The position numbers and the translations under genes were made by a program. Under the pieces are notes generated by a model. It saw only the letters and a list, made by a program, of their open reading frames with translations. It searched no databases and was not told where the DNA came from. Of a stretch of DNA of 64,000 bases, positions 50,490-63,727 are shown one piece after another (positions within the stretch are counted from its first letter, which is position 1; the number at the start of each line of letters is the position of its first letter). Source of the stretch: an uncultured bacterium (GTDB taxonomy: Bacteria; Oederibacteriota; JAAXVQ01; JAUVAV01); the NCBI GenBank assembly GCA_963710755.1, contig CAVQBK010000003.1:256001-320000 (forward strand), in the 5' to 3' direction.

Positions 50490-51227
50490 ATGATGGAAAT
50501 TATTAAAGAGGCAAAAACAGTGGACGCCGCCATTGCCGCAGCATTGGAAGAATTAAAATGTGATGAAGAAGATGTAGTCATTGATATTTTACAACAACCT
50601 AGTAAAGGTATTTTTGGCATGGCCAAAATGGCCAAAGTTAAAGTTAAATACATTAATGCCAATGTAAAAGAAGGAATGGAGCATCACCATAAAGTTATGG
50701 CTTCCGAATCAAAAGAGCCGTCGGATTTAGAAAAAGAAGGAAAAAAGGTCCTACATAAAGTACTGACTTTAATGGGCTTTCAAACAGCCACGATTAAATC
50801 TCGGCATGACAATGAGAATATATTTTTGGACATTACCAGTGATTCGGAAGGTCTGTTAATAGGCAAGCATGGACAAACTATTTCGGCATTGCAATATTTG
50901 GTTAATCGTATGATTAAGGATGAAAACAATAAAGAATTGCGCTATATTGTGGATATTGGCTCTTATCGAGTGAGGCATAAAAATATATTAGAAAAGACTG
51001 CCAAAAAGGTTGCTGCTCGTGTTATTGAAAGTCACCAACAAGAAGCCTTACAGCCTATGGGGGCTTTCGATCGGCGTATTGTTCATATGATCTTAAAAGA
51101 TAATGAAGATGTGATGACGTACAGTACTGGCGAAAAGCAATATCGTCACGTGGTCATTGCGCCCAAGGGAACGATACCTAATGAGGGCGATATAAAAGAA
51201 GCAGAAGAAGACAAGAGCGAAGAATAA
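50490..51227 (+). CDS. jag: Jag/KhpB (EloR) RNA-binding protein
   Basis: Jag_N AKTVDAAI, KH LIGKHGQT, R3H RRIVH. Confidence 0.93.
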   Translation: MMEIIKEAKTVDAAIAAALEELKCDEEDVVIDILQQPSKGIFGMAKMAKVKVKYINANVKEGMEHHHKVMASESKEPSDLEKEGKKVLHKVLTLMGFQTATIKSRHDNENIFLDITSDSEGLLIGKHGQTISALQYLVNRMIKDENNKELRYIVDIGSYRVRHKNILEKTAKKVAARVIESHQQEALQPMGAFDRRIVHMILKDNEDVMTYSTGEKQYRHVVIAPKGTIPNEGDIKEAEEDKSEE

Positions 51228-51518
51228 ACCCTTAATTGCTGGCACACCAAATCTCAAGCCCTGCTCATCACAGGGCTTGAGGTAAAAGCCATGAGCGTAA
51301 CTGAATATTGGCTTATCCAATCCACCACCATCCTAAACCAGAAGTTCCGGAAATAAACGCTATTTCTCACGCATACCTAATGGGCACAAGCAACTGCATA
51401 GGACGAAAAGTTATAACTATGAATATCGTTTGTCCTTATTTGCGATATTCATCTATTGTAGGGACTCAAAAATTTGAGCACCTAATTATAATTTATCAAA
51501 CATAAGGAAGAGAAGACA

Positions 51519-52889
51519 ATGAGTCCATCTACTATAGCGGCAATTAGTACGCCTCAAGGAAGAGGCGGTATTGGCATTATAAGGCTATCTGGAGATAATG
51601 CCTTTGCTATAATTAGAACTATTTCCAATATTGCGTTTAATCTGGATGAGTTACTTGCCTTGAATAAAAGAAAATTAGTGCATGGCTATATTAAGGATAG
51701 TCAAGGCCAACCTATTGACGAAGTATTAATGGGTATTATGCCATCCTCTCGGTCTTATACAGGAGAACAGGTAGTGGAAATAAACTGCCATAGCGGTAAG
51801 GCAGTGTTGAGTAAAATTCTGGAACGGACAGTAGAAGCCGGAGCCTGTATTGCTGCTCCTGGGGAGTTTACCCGACGGGCCGTAGAAAAGGGAAGAATTG
51901 ACTTGGTTAAAGCAGAAGCTATTAATGATTTGATTAATGCCCGTTCTGAAAAAGCCTTAGCTATAGCCATGCAGCAGTTAGAAGGGGGATTGACTAAACG
52001 CTATGAGGAGCTGAAAGATCAATTAATTTCACTCTTGGGAGAAATGGAGGCTGTTGTTGATTTTGAAGTGGACAATCCTCATTTAACACCAGATCACTGG
52101 AAAAATAAGCTTGAGCAGATCATAAGTTTGCTTAGTACCATGCTTAAATCTTCAAAATTAAAAAAATATGTGGATCATGGATTTTGGGTCACCTTAGCAG
52201 GTCCTCCGAATGCGGGTAAATCCAGCTTATTTAATGCTATCTTGAATATAGAACGTTCAATTGTGTGTGATATGCCTGGGACTACCCGCGATCATATTTC
52301 AGAAACAATAGAAATTGAGGGCGTGGAAGTAAAAATAACCGATACAGCTGGCTTGAGGGAAACAGAAGACACGCTGGAAACCCTATCCATTAAAAGGAGT
52401 AAGGACCAGATGGAAGCAGCTGATTTCATTCTTTATGTAATTGATCAAAGCCAAGCCATCAAACAAGAAGATGTTGAAACAATTAAAAAGCTGGTCCAAG
52501 ATAGGGGAGTACTGGTATTAAATAAAGGAGATTTGCCCAAAGATCCATCGCTAAAGATATTAAAACAACAGTCAATAGAATCTATAGAAATTTGTTCTTT
52601 AAAAAACGAAGGCATAGAAAACCTGCTTGATATACTTGCCAATAAAATAGCTCGATATTTTCCCGACAACCCTAACTCTATCGTTTCCTCCATGCGGCAG
52701 AGGGCTTTAATCGAGAAGGCAAGTATGTACTTACAAAATGCATACAAAGCTTTGGAAAATACAATGTCACTGGATATGGCTATTTATGAAATAGAGAAAT
52801 CTGTAGAAGAGTTAAAAGAAATTTTAGGACAGATCACCAGCGATGATGTTTATGATGTTGTTTTTAAAAAGTTCTGTGTTGGTAAATAA
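51519..52889 (+). CDS. mnmE: tRNA modification GTPase MnmE
   Basis: TIAAIST, GEFTRRA, GPPNAGKSS, GTTRD, DTAG, NKGD, FCVGK. Confidence 0.97.
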   Translation: MSPSTIAAISTPQGRGGIGIIRLSGDNAFAIIRTISNIAFNLDELLALNKRKLVHGYIKDSQGQPIDEVLMGIMPSSRSYTGEQVVEINCHSGKAVLSKILERTVEAGACIAAPGEFTRRAVEKGRIDLVKAEAINDLINARSEKALAIAMQQLEGGLTKRYEELKDQLISLLGEMEAVVDFEVDNPHLTPDHWKNKLEQIISLLSTMLKSSKLKKYVDHGFWVTLAGPPNAGKSSLFNAILNIERSIVCDMPGTTRDHISETIEIEGVEVKITDTAGLRETEDTLETLSIKRSKDQMEAADFILYVIDQSQAIKQEDVETIKKLVQDRGVLVLNKGDLPKDPSLKILKQQSIESIEICSLKNEGIENLLDILANKIARYFPDNPNSIVSSMRQRALIEKASMYLQNAYKALENTMSLDMAIYEIEKSVEELKEILGQITSDDVYDVVFKKFCVGK

Positions 52890-52892
52890 CCA

Positions 52893-52908
52893 CGTTTCAC
52901 GTGAAACA
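52893..52908. other. parS: parS site 1
   Basis: CGTTTCACGTGAAACA, 15/16 match to TGTTTCACGTGAAACA. Confidence 0.9.
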
Positions 52909-52940
52909 TGGTTCCTAGGTATAGCGGTAAGCGTTTAGGA

Positions 52941-52956
52941 AGTTTCACGTGAAACA
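52941..52956. other. parS: parS site 2
   Basis: AGTTTCACGTGAAACA, 15/16 match. Confidence 0.9.
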
Positions 52957-52968
52957 TAAGGCGGTCTT

Positions 52969-53688
52969 ATGTATAGACAATTGGATAAATTAGAGCAAGC
53001 TTGTCAACAATGGGGAATCGATCTGTCAAAATATCAATGGAATAAATTTGCCCTATATATGAGAAAAATCAAAGAATGGAACGAAAAATTTAATATTACG
53101 GCCAATGACCAAGAAGAAGACATTGTGGTTAAACATTTTATTGATTCCCTTTCAGGTTATAAATATATCTTGAATGAAGCAAATACAATTATGGATATAG
53201 GCACAGGGGCTGGGTTTCCGGGATTGCCCCTAAAAATTATTCGTCCTGACTTACATATAACCTTTATTGATTCTTCTAAAAAGAAAATGTCAGCGCTTTA
53301 TGATATTTGTCAGGCATTGAATATAGATCATTATTTAATTCTGGATAAAAATATTGAATTGATAGGCAGAGACACTGCCTATCGTGAAACTTATGATGTG
53401 GTCGTCGTAAGAGCTTTGGCACCATTAAATTGTTTGTTGGAATATGGTTTGCCGATATTAAGGAAAAATGGCCATATGATTATTTATAAGGGTCCAGGTG
53501 TGGAACCAGAAGTGGAAAACTCACAGGCTGCACTCCAGCTGCTGGGTGGTAAGTTGCTAGAAAAAGACCATTTTTATTTGCCTTTCTCAGATAGGGAGAG
53601 AGTTATTCTCAATGTGGAAAAAATGGGGAAAACACCGGATAAATACCCACGTGCAGTGGGCATTCCACGCAAACGTCCTTTGAAATAA
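52969..53688 (+). CDS. rsmG: 16S rRNA m7G527 methyltransferase
   Basis: KHFIDS, DIGTGAGFPG, YPRAVGIP. Confidence 0.96.
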   Translation: MYRQLDKLEQACQQWGIDLSKYQWNKFALYMRKIKEWNEKFNITANDQEEDIVVKHFIDSLSGYKYILNEANTIMDIGTGAGFPGLPLKIIRPDLHITFIDSSKKKMSALYDICQALNIDHYLILDKNIELIGRDTAYRETYDVVVVRALAPLNCLLEYGLPILRKNGHMIIYKGPGVEPEVENSQAALQLLGGKLLEKDHFYLPFSDRERVILNVEKMGKTPDKYPRAVGIPRKRPLK

Positions 53689-54819
53689 TATAGGATTAAG
53701 GAAAACACACCATAAGCGCAGTGATGGGTCAGCAGCACTGGTTTTAAGGACAAGGAAAGCATGGTGAAAAAAGACATGCCCATCTTAAGTTTATAGTTAT
53801 AGTGAATATGCTGAGGCCTATAGAGATGAAAAACATAGGGCGTGCAAGACTTCACCCATGAACATAAGATCAAAAGCCAGAAAAAGCCGTTTCTTAAGAA
53901 TGCCCTTACGAGTACAAGTATAAGCAAACAAGGTAAAGTTAAAGATATGAACATGGTTTATCCTTGTGGCGCTCTTTTCAATTGTAGAATAATTCATTCC
54001 ATGCTGGGTAAAGCTGACCCAAGGTCACTGGTGGGAAAAAACGTCTTTCCGCAACCAGACCTAATTAGTTTTGGTTGCAGAATTAAATTTATTCAATTAT
54101 AGAGGTGCGTCTCTTAGGCGAAATCAATGGCTTTGGATTATGGGGTTTTTTTTAGGCCGAAAAATATTTTGTCCCACATAAATCAGCTATTTTACAAGAG
54201 GGATTTTCACGATAGAAGATAAATAAAAGCAAGAACTTTTTTTATCGCCGGCACAGCTACGCAACCATAGATCATGATCACGGCCTGGACTATAATTTTG
54301 GTGGCCATGAATTTAACCGGTCCATATAAATAACTTGTATATAATACAGGATCCATTACCGAAAACAACACAACAAAATCTTACAATAAGACTATTATGG
54401 TACGACCAAAATTAACTAAGGCTGCGATATTGTCGTTAAAAGAAAATTAATCCACAAATTGAAGTTGTCTTACGTTAAAATACAATATAATGCATAGGGA
54501 GAAGGATTGATTATTATTCATCCAGACTACCAGCCATGATTTCAGGGTAGTTTAATACCAAAGGAAAATGGTTTTTAAGTCAAAGATTTCTGGTGGCTCG
54601 GCCATAGGGATACAGGTTTATCACTTCATTTTTAGATTGTGACCTAATGTTTTTTTTATTTTCATCCTGTTTCGCTTTTAAAATGGCTTGTAATAGTGGT
54701 ATATATACCATTTCCATGATATGACGGAAAAAGTCCATGGCCACACCATCTATTTGGGCAGAGGACGATTAATTTACTTTCAGGACCATAGCGTAACTTC
54801 ATGTCCTGTGGAGACCAAC

Positions 54820-55947
54820 GTGAGAATTCATTGGTTAACTTTGAAAAATTTCAGAAATTACAAGTCCTTTGAAAATACTTTTTCCCCGGAGTTAAATATT
54901 TTAATCGGCCTTAATGCTCAGGGCAAAACTAATTTAATTGAAGCGCTTTATCTTTTAGGAACCACCAAATCATTTAAAAAAGCAGAACAGGATAATTTGA
55001 TTACAATCAATGAACATAGCGCCCTGCTAAAAGCATTGATTATAAGAAAAAATATTGAAAAAGAGATAATATTTAAGTTAAATGATCAAAAAAGGAAAGA
55101 AATCGTTGTTAACAATAAAAAAATACACAAAATAACCGATTATATTGGAAATGTGACCATTACCCTATTTTCTCCAGAAGACCTTTCCCTGATCAAAGGA
55201 GACGCTTCCTTTCGCAGGCGATTTTTAGATACAGTTTTATGTCAAACCGATAAATACTATTTAGCAGACTTGATTAGGTACCAGCGGGTCATCAAACATC
55301 GCAATGTAATATTAAAAGAAATTAAAAACAATCTCAAGAAAGCCAAAGCATTAGAACCGTGGAATGAGCAGTTAGTGGGGTATGCGTATAAAATATCTAA
55401 AAAAAGAAGTGAATTGTGCGATAAAATCAATATAATTGCCAACCAATTTCAAAAAATTATTAAAAATACGGAAAATTTAACCATCCATTACCAAGATGCT
55501 TTATGGCAAGGCACCCATCCTATTGATCAGGAAATGGTGTCTGTTTTAGGCCATAAACTGCAACAGATGGAAAAAGAAGAAATTGCCCGAGGCTCTAGCT
55601 TGGTGGGGCCTCATCGGGATAATTTGAAGGTTTGCATTAATAATCTGGATACCAGGGAGTTTGCTTCCCAGGGCCAACAACGTTCCTCAGCCATCAGCAT
55701 GCGCATGGCCGAAGTGGAATATATTAAAGAAGTATCCGGTGACTATCCTATATTATTACTTGACGATATTTTTTCCGAACTTGATGATACCAGAAGAAGT
55801 TTCCTGTGCGATTATCTTGATCAAGGCATCCAAATTTTCCTGACCGGTACCAGTGAACGTGATTTTACAAGTATCAGCAATCACGCCGCAATTTTTCATA
55901 TCCATAATGGTACAGGTCGTCTTGTAAGGGAAGGCCGCCATGGCTAA
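54820..55947 (+). CDS. recF: DNA replication/repair protein RecF
   Basis: GTG start after GGAG, NFRNY, GLNAQGKTN, GPHRD, ASQGQQR, LLLDDIFSELD. Confidence 0.96.
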   Translation: MRIHWLTLKNFRNYKSFENTFSPELNILIGLNAQGKTNLIEALYLLGTTKSFKKAEQDNLITINEHSALLKALIIRKNIEKEIIFKLNDQKRKEIVVNNKKIHKITDYIGNVTITLFSPEDLSLIKGDASFRRRFLDTVLCQTDKYYLADLIRYQRVIKHRNVILKEIKNNLKKAKALEPWNEQLVGYAYKISKKRSELCDKINIIANQFQKIIKNTENLTIHYQDALWQGTHPIDQEMVSVLGHKLQQMEKEEIARGSSLVGPHRDNLKVCINNLDTREFASQGQQRSSAISMRMAEVEYIKEVSGDYPILLLDDIFSELDDTRRSFLCDYLDQGIQIFLTGTSERDFTSISNHAAIFHIHNGTGRLVREGRHG

Positions 55948-56254
55948 AAAAAAATCACCCCAAAAAATCGACCATCTGATCTCGGGATTATTAAAAAAAT
56001 GGCGCTTGCATAGCCATCAAAAAAAATTAATGCTATCCACCTTATGGGTCACTATCGCCGGAGAACGGATCGCCCGCCATACCAAGCCGGACCAATTGTC
56101 CCAAGGTAAACTAATCGTCTTAGTGGAAAATTCCAGCTGGATGAATGAGTTGACTTTTATGAAAGAAACGATTAAAATTAAGGCTAAATCCTTATTTTTA
56201 CAACATCGGATCGAGATCGATGACGTCATTTTCAAAATTGGAAAATTAACCTAA
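55940..56254 (+). CDS. DUF721/DciA family protein
   Basis: WVTIAGERIARHT, SSWMNEL. Located between recF and gyrB. Confidence 0.85.
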   Translation: MAKKKSPQKIDHLISGLLKKWRLHSHQKKLMLSTLWVTIAGERIARHTKPDQLSQGKLIVLVENSSWMNELTFMKETIKIKAKSLFLQHRIEIDDVIFKIGKLT

Positions 56255-56504
56255 ACCACAGGTTAATGTCTGGAACCAAGGCTGAACATTCATCTCATGG
56301 CCTGAATCCGAAAGCTTGGTCATGACGATCAACCCAACGCTGACTTCTTCTTCCTTAAACGAACAAGGCCTGTCTTTTATCGCAAGCCTGCATGTAGGGA
56401 TAATGCAAGTAAAATATCCACAAGGAATTGCGGGGATGAAGCGAGGGTGTATTAAAACGCTTCGTCGGTTTGATCAAGGTGTCCAAGATTCCTGAAAATG
56501 GTAA

Positions 56505-59195
<2,691 letters not shown>

Positions 59196-59280
59196 CTCTG
59201 ATGCGCCATGCCCGTTTCATTTAGGTTGACCATAATCGTCTAACCCGGCTTAGTCTTCATCACCTTCAGGGAGAGCAATA

Positions 59281-60567
59281 ATGCTGGATCGAAAATTCAT
59301 TCGCGATAACCCGGAAAAAATCAGCCAAGCCTTGAGCCATCGGGGCCATGACTTTGATCTCAATACCTTTTTAATCGACGATCAGGTGTGGCGTGAAAAA
59401 ATGCAGAGTGTGGAGCAACTCCAGGCTCAACGCAACCAGGTTACCGAACTCATTGCCCGTAAAAAGAAAAATAAAGAAGATGCTACTCAAGATATTGAGA
59501 ACATGCGGTTAGTGGCGAAAAAAATAAAACTCTTTACTCAGGAAATAAGCGAATTGGATGATAAGTTGCAGCAACTAATGCTGCGCATTCCCAATCTGCC
59601 CCATGACTCGGTGCCGGTTGGAGCGGATGAAACAGCCAATGTGGAAATTCGCCAATGGGGCAGCAAACCCACCTTCTCCTTCAACCCCAAACCCCACTGG
59701 GAATTGGGGGAGCAGCTGGGGTTGTTTGATCTGGCCCGGGCCGCCAAGATTTCCGGTGCGCGCTTTGCCGTGTACCGCGGGGCCGGAGCCCGGTTGGAAA
59801 GAGCCCTGATACAATTCATGCTCGATGTCCAAACCCTGGAACACGGCTATACGGAAATTTTCCCGCCGCTGTTGGTTAATCGTGATGCCATGATCGGGAC
59901 CGGCCAATTGCCCAAAATGGAAAACGATATGTTTAAAACCAGCGAGGATGACCTCTACCTCATTCCCACGGCAGAAGTTCCTGTCACCAATCTGCACCGT
60001 CAGGAAGTGCTTTCCAAAGAGCAGTTGCCCATCTATTACGTGGCCTATACGCCTTGTTTCCGGCGGGAAGCCGGATCTTATGGCAAAGACACCAAGGGCA
60101 TTGTCCGCCAGCATCAGTTCAATAAGGTTGAATTGGTCAAAATCGTGCATCCCGACAGCTCCTACCAGGAATTGGAAGCCTTGGTGGTCAATGCTGAAGA
60201 AATACTGAAACGGTTAAATCTCCATTATCGGCTGGTGGTGTTATCCACCGGGGATATGTCCTTTGCTGCAGCCAAAGGTTATGACTTAGAAGTATGGCAC
60301 AGCGGCAGCGGCCGTTATTGGGAAGTGTCGTCTTGCTCCAATTTCGAAGCTTTTCAGGCCCGCAGGGCTCAAATCCGCTTCAAAGACGAGCAAAATAAAA
60401 ATCAATTCTGTCACACCTTAAACGGTTCCGGCTTGGCCACCTCCCGCTTGTTGCCTGCGATTATAGAGAATTATCAACAGGCCGACGGCAGTATTCTCAT
60501 TCCCGACGCCTTGGTCCCTTATGTGGGCGGCAAACGGAAAATCAACAGCGCCGGGCAATGGGAATAA
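59281..60567 (+). CDS. serS: Serine--tRNA ligase
   Basis: LIPTAEVP, FRREAG, RQHQFNKVE, EVSSCSN, TLNGSGLA. Confidence 0.98.
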   Translation: MLDRKFIRDNPEKISQALSHRGHDFDLNTFLIDDQVWREKMQSVEQLQAQRNQVTELIARKKKNKEDATQDIENMRLVAKKIKLFTQEISELDDKLQQLMLRIPNLPHDSVPVGADETANVEIRQWGSKPTFSFNPKPHWELGEQLGLFDLARAAKISGARFAVYRGAGARLERALIQFMLDVQTLEHGYTEIFPPLLVNRDAMIGTGQLPKMENDMFKTSEDDLYLIPTAEVPVTNLHRQEVLSKEQLPIYYVAYTPCFRREAGSYGKDTKGIVRQHQFNKVELVKIVHPDSSYQELEALVVNAEEILKRLNLHYRLVVLSTGDMSFAAAKGYDLEVWHSGSGRYWEVSSCSNFEAFQARRAQIRFKDEQNKNQFCHTLNGSGLATSRLLPAIIENYQQADGSILIPDALVPYVGGKRKINSAGQWE

Positions 60568-60656
60568 CGGTAATCAATGGACGGATTCTTCCGGTGGATT
60601 AAAAATTTTTGGTTGTGTTTCGAAACCAAAGGTTATATGATTCTTTTTCCAATTTT

Positions 60657-60742
60657 GGAGGGCTAGTATAACTGGTAATGCAGCAGACTTGAAATCTGCC
60701 GGCCCTTGGGCCTTGGGGGTTCGAGTCCCTCGCCCTCCGCCA
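60657..60742 (+). tRNA. tRNA-Ser (anticodon TGA)
   Basis: GGAGGGC/GCCCTCC acceptor, GCAGA-CTTGAAA-TCTGC anticodon arm, long variable arm GGCCC/GGGCC, TTCGAGT loop, GCCA end. Confidence 0.92.
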
Positions 60743-60951
60743 GTTTGGTGCTTATTAAAAACCGGCCGGGCAGCTAAACGACGTTTAGGTGCGGTCGATG
60801 CTCGATGGCTTTTCCCCAGGATGGGGATCGATTTTCATGTTTTTAGAGAATTGATTAATATTTTAAAAGCGAGAATCGAAAAGCTATAGTTGATCGCATT
60901 TGTATTCTATGTCGATTAATGTTCAAATGCTTTGTCTCACTATTGTTCAAC

Positions 60952-61147
<196 letters not shown>

Positions 61148-61517
61148 CCTTTGAAATTTCGCCTAGCGGAATTTCAAATCTCACCTACGCTAATCCCTAT
61201 CCTAATTAATCTCTTTCGTTCCCATTGATCCAATATAATTTATCAAATAAAGTCCTGTGACTTATTATAGTTTCACCCTCTTCCCATGCCCATAGTTGTC
61301 GCATTCTTGGGGCTCGAAAAATGTCGCCTATAAGCCTTAAGGTTAACATTCAGTGTCATAACTAAAAAGGGGTGTTTAACCAGTAGCGTGGTTATCTTTA
61401 CATGCCTCAAGGTTAAGACACTAGGCGAGAATAATATAGGAAGCTTTTGGGCCATTGCATAAGGGGGAGAAGCAGCAGCAGATTTTTAAGCCCAAGCTAG
61501 GAAAGGAGGAATAACAG

Positions 61518-62348
61518 ATGGGTGAATTAAACTTGTCCTCTACCATAGAGCTAACGGAAAAGGTTCGCATTCCTGTGTTGGGATTGGGGGTATGGCAGAT
61601 TCCCGACGGCCGGGAGACAGCGGATGCGGTTACCTGGGCTTTGAAATGCGGATACCGCCACATTGATACAGCCGCCATATACGGCAATGAAGTCAGCGTC
61701 GGACAGGCAATTAAAAACAGTGGCTTAAAAAGAGAGCAAATATTTATCACCACCAAAGTATGGAATAGCGACCACGGTTATGACAAAACATTGGCTGCTT
61801 GGGAAAAGAGCCGGCGGCGCTTGGGGGTGGATTATATCGATTTATATTTAATTCACTGGCCGGTGGAAAATCAACGGCGCGATACCTGGCGGGCACTGGA
61901 AACCTTATACAAAGAAGACAAATGCCGGGCGATCGGGGTAAGCAATTATACGTCCCGGCACCTGACCGAATTGCTGGACTCCAGCGAAATCAAGCCGGCT
62001 ATTAATCAGGTGGAGTTCAGTCCCTTTTTATATCAGCGGGATTTGTTGGACTTTTGCAGGCAACAGGATATTAAAGTAGAGGCCTACAGCCCGTTGACCA
62101 GGGGCAGAAAATTGTACCATCCTGTTATTGTTGAAATCGGCCATTACCTGCAGAAGTCACCGGCACAAATTTTAATTCGCTGGTGTCTGCAGCATGGCTT
62201 GGTCGTTATACCCAAATCTGCGCAACCTGAGCATATAAAGGAAAACAGTCAGGTTTTTGATTTCCAACTCGATGCCAAAGCCATGGACAGGCTGGACGGA
62301 CTTAACGAACAATTCCGGGTGGCCTGGGATCCCAGTGACATGCCTTGA
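61518..62348 (+). CDS. Aldo/keto reductase
   Basis: GYRHIDTAAIY, TTKVW, YLIHWP, IGVSN, IPKS. AGGAGG SD. Confidence 0.95.
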   Translation: MGELNLSSTIELTEKVRIPVLGLGVWQIPDGRETADAVTWALKCGYRHIDTAAIYGNEVSVGQAIKNSGLKREQIFITTKVWNSDHGYDKTLAAWEKSRRRLGVDYIDLYLIHWPVENQRRDTWRALETLYKEDKCRAIGVSNYTSRHLTELLDSSEIKPAINQVEFSPFLYQRDLLDFCRQQDIKVEAYSPLTRGRKLYHPVIVEIGHYLQKSPAQILIRWCLQHGLVVIPKSAQPEHIKENSQVFDFQLDAKAMDRLDGLNEQFRVAWDPSDMP

Positions 62349-62420
62349 AGCAGAGCTGCTGGTTGCCAAAGGCAGTCCCCGTGAGTGGGGTATTATAACC
62401 GGTCGGGGCTGAAGGGTAAT

Positions 62421-63266
62421 TTAATCTTTCTGCACCCAGCTTATGCGGTAGTCGGTTTTTTCCGGAACAGCATCAAGTTGAGGATCGAGGTTTTGCCACG
62501 TCCCCTTCAGGCCGTGGACTTGGGCCCCCAGCGCGAAGTGGCGCATGGCAATGCCAGTATCCAAGCGATGCATACCGCGGCGGTCATAATCCTCCTTAGC
62601 CGCGACTTTAAAAAAATGAAAGATATTCCGGGAAGGATCTTTAACTATTCGCCAGGACTGCATATTGCCGGCCGAAGGCCCCAACCGTACCCATTCGAGG
62701 GCCTCCTGCAGATCTCCTGCTTCGGCAGCAAGTAAAGGCTGTGTAAAAGATCCACGGAAGAAAAGTTGATCCCAGGGCTTCCGGCGATGCGCTCGCACAC
62801 TTATACGCGCTACTTTATCTTTGGTGGTTGGCGTTTCCGCCGCCCGGCCCAGCACCACGACCGCCGGTCTAATTTCATTGGGCGCCAATACTAAACGCGA
62901 GAAAAAATCGGGATTGAACGTGCCCAACCAACAAGAGTTGACGCCCATGCGAGTGATCTCGAGCACGATCTTTTCCAAGGCATAGGCATACGCTTCATAA
63001 TACATGGGCGAAGAGGAAACAGTGCCTACCAAAAAATAGCGATAATTGGTGATCAAACGGAGATAATCGCCTAAATGGGCACTGTTGAAAGTCTGGGCAT
63101 CATAAACCGTAAAACGAAGGGTCTCTCCAAAACATCCCCGGGTATAGGTTTTGCAAATGGATTCCAAGGTTGATATTTCGTCCGGCTGTAATGGTGTTTC
63201 GGCATAAGTGCGGCAAGAAAAGCGCGCTTTGATGACCTGGTCCCAGGTCAAAGAGTCTTGCGTCAT
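62421..63266 (-). CDS. Nitroreductase family protein (tandem domains)
   Basis: RFSCRTY, GVNSCWLG, GPSAGNMQSWR, DTGIAMRHF. Confidence 0.9.
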   Translation of the reverse strand: MTQDSLTWDQVIKARFSCRTYAETPLQPDEISTLESICKTYTRGCFGETLRFTVYDAQTFNSAHLGDYLRLITNYRYFLVGTVSSSPMYYEAYAYALEKIVLEITRMGVNSCWLGTFNPDFFSRLVLAPNEIRPAVVVLGRAAETPTTKDKVARISVRAHRRKPWDQLFFRGSFTQPLLAAEAGDLQEALEWVRLGPSAGNMQSWRIVKDPSRNIFHFFKVAAKEDYDRRGMHRLDTGIAMRHFALGAQVHGLKGTWQNLDPQLDAVPEKTDYRISWVQKD

Positions 63267-63291
63267 AAACACACCTTCTTTCTTTTTGGAT

Positions 63292-63319
63292 CTAACACAA
63301 ATTTAATATTTCCTTCATA
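63292..63319 (+). promoter_or_regulatory. Pho-box-like 11-bp periodic direct repeats
   Basis: CTAACA (63292), TTAATA (63303), TTCATA (63314) in the region upstream of pstS. Confidence 0.4.
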
Positions 63320-63727
63320 CAATCCTGATGCGCTCTTCCTACCATGTGCGCATTCGGATCCGACAGGCTGAGCTGAGCGGCTGGCCAGAAGGAGGTGATG
63401 ATCTGGGCAACGGACAAATATTGGCAACAAATAAAAGGGCTACCGTAATGACCCATGGCTGAGAATATCTTTCTCACAGGGTAACCGCCGGGCCAGCCAG
63501 CAACAGTATCTGGCTCAAAAATGATTTTCATGCACCATGACCAAGCCGCGGTGAAACTTAACGACCCGTGGCCGCCGTCTCTCCCATTAAATGAAGCGGT
63601 CATGGCAAAGGAATAAGCTGTTTATCTTTACGCTTGAACGCACGAACCCAATCCGCTACAATCGGCAAGGTCGATAATGTAAGCGCATTAGCATTAATCA
63701 TTTTACAAAAAAAAGAGAGGTCTAATC

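Noticed and set aside
53574-54102. ORFs 53574-53954 (-) and 53842-54102 (+)
   Set aside because: No recognisable motifs or SD, and they overlap rsmG or each other. Probably spurious.
44500-56330. Recurring TCATGA/ATCATGAT palindromes in origin-proximal intergenic DNA
   Set aside because: Short words in AT-rich DNA. Enrichment cannot be shown without a count.
60657-60742. tRNA-Sec or UGA-suppressor tRNA
   Set aside because: The anticodon is TGA (reads UCA, Ser), not TCA, and the fold is an ordinary 7/5 acceptor/T-stem.
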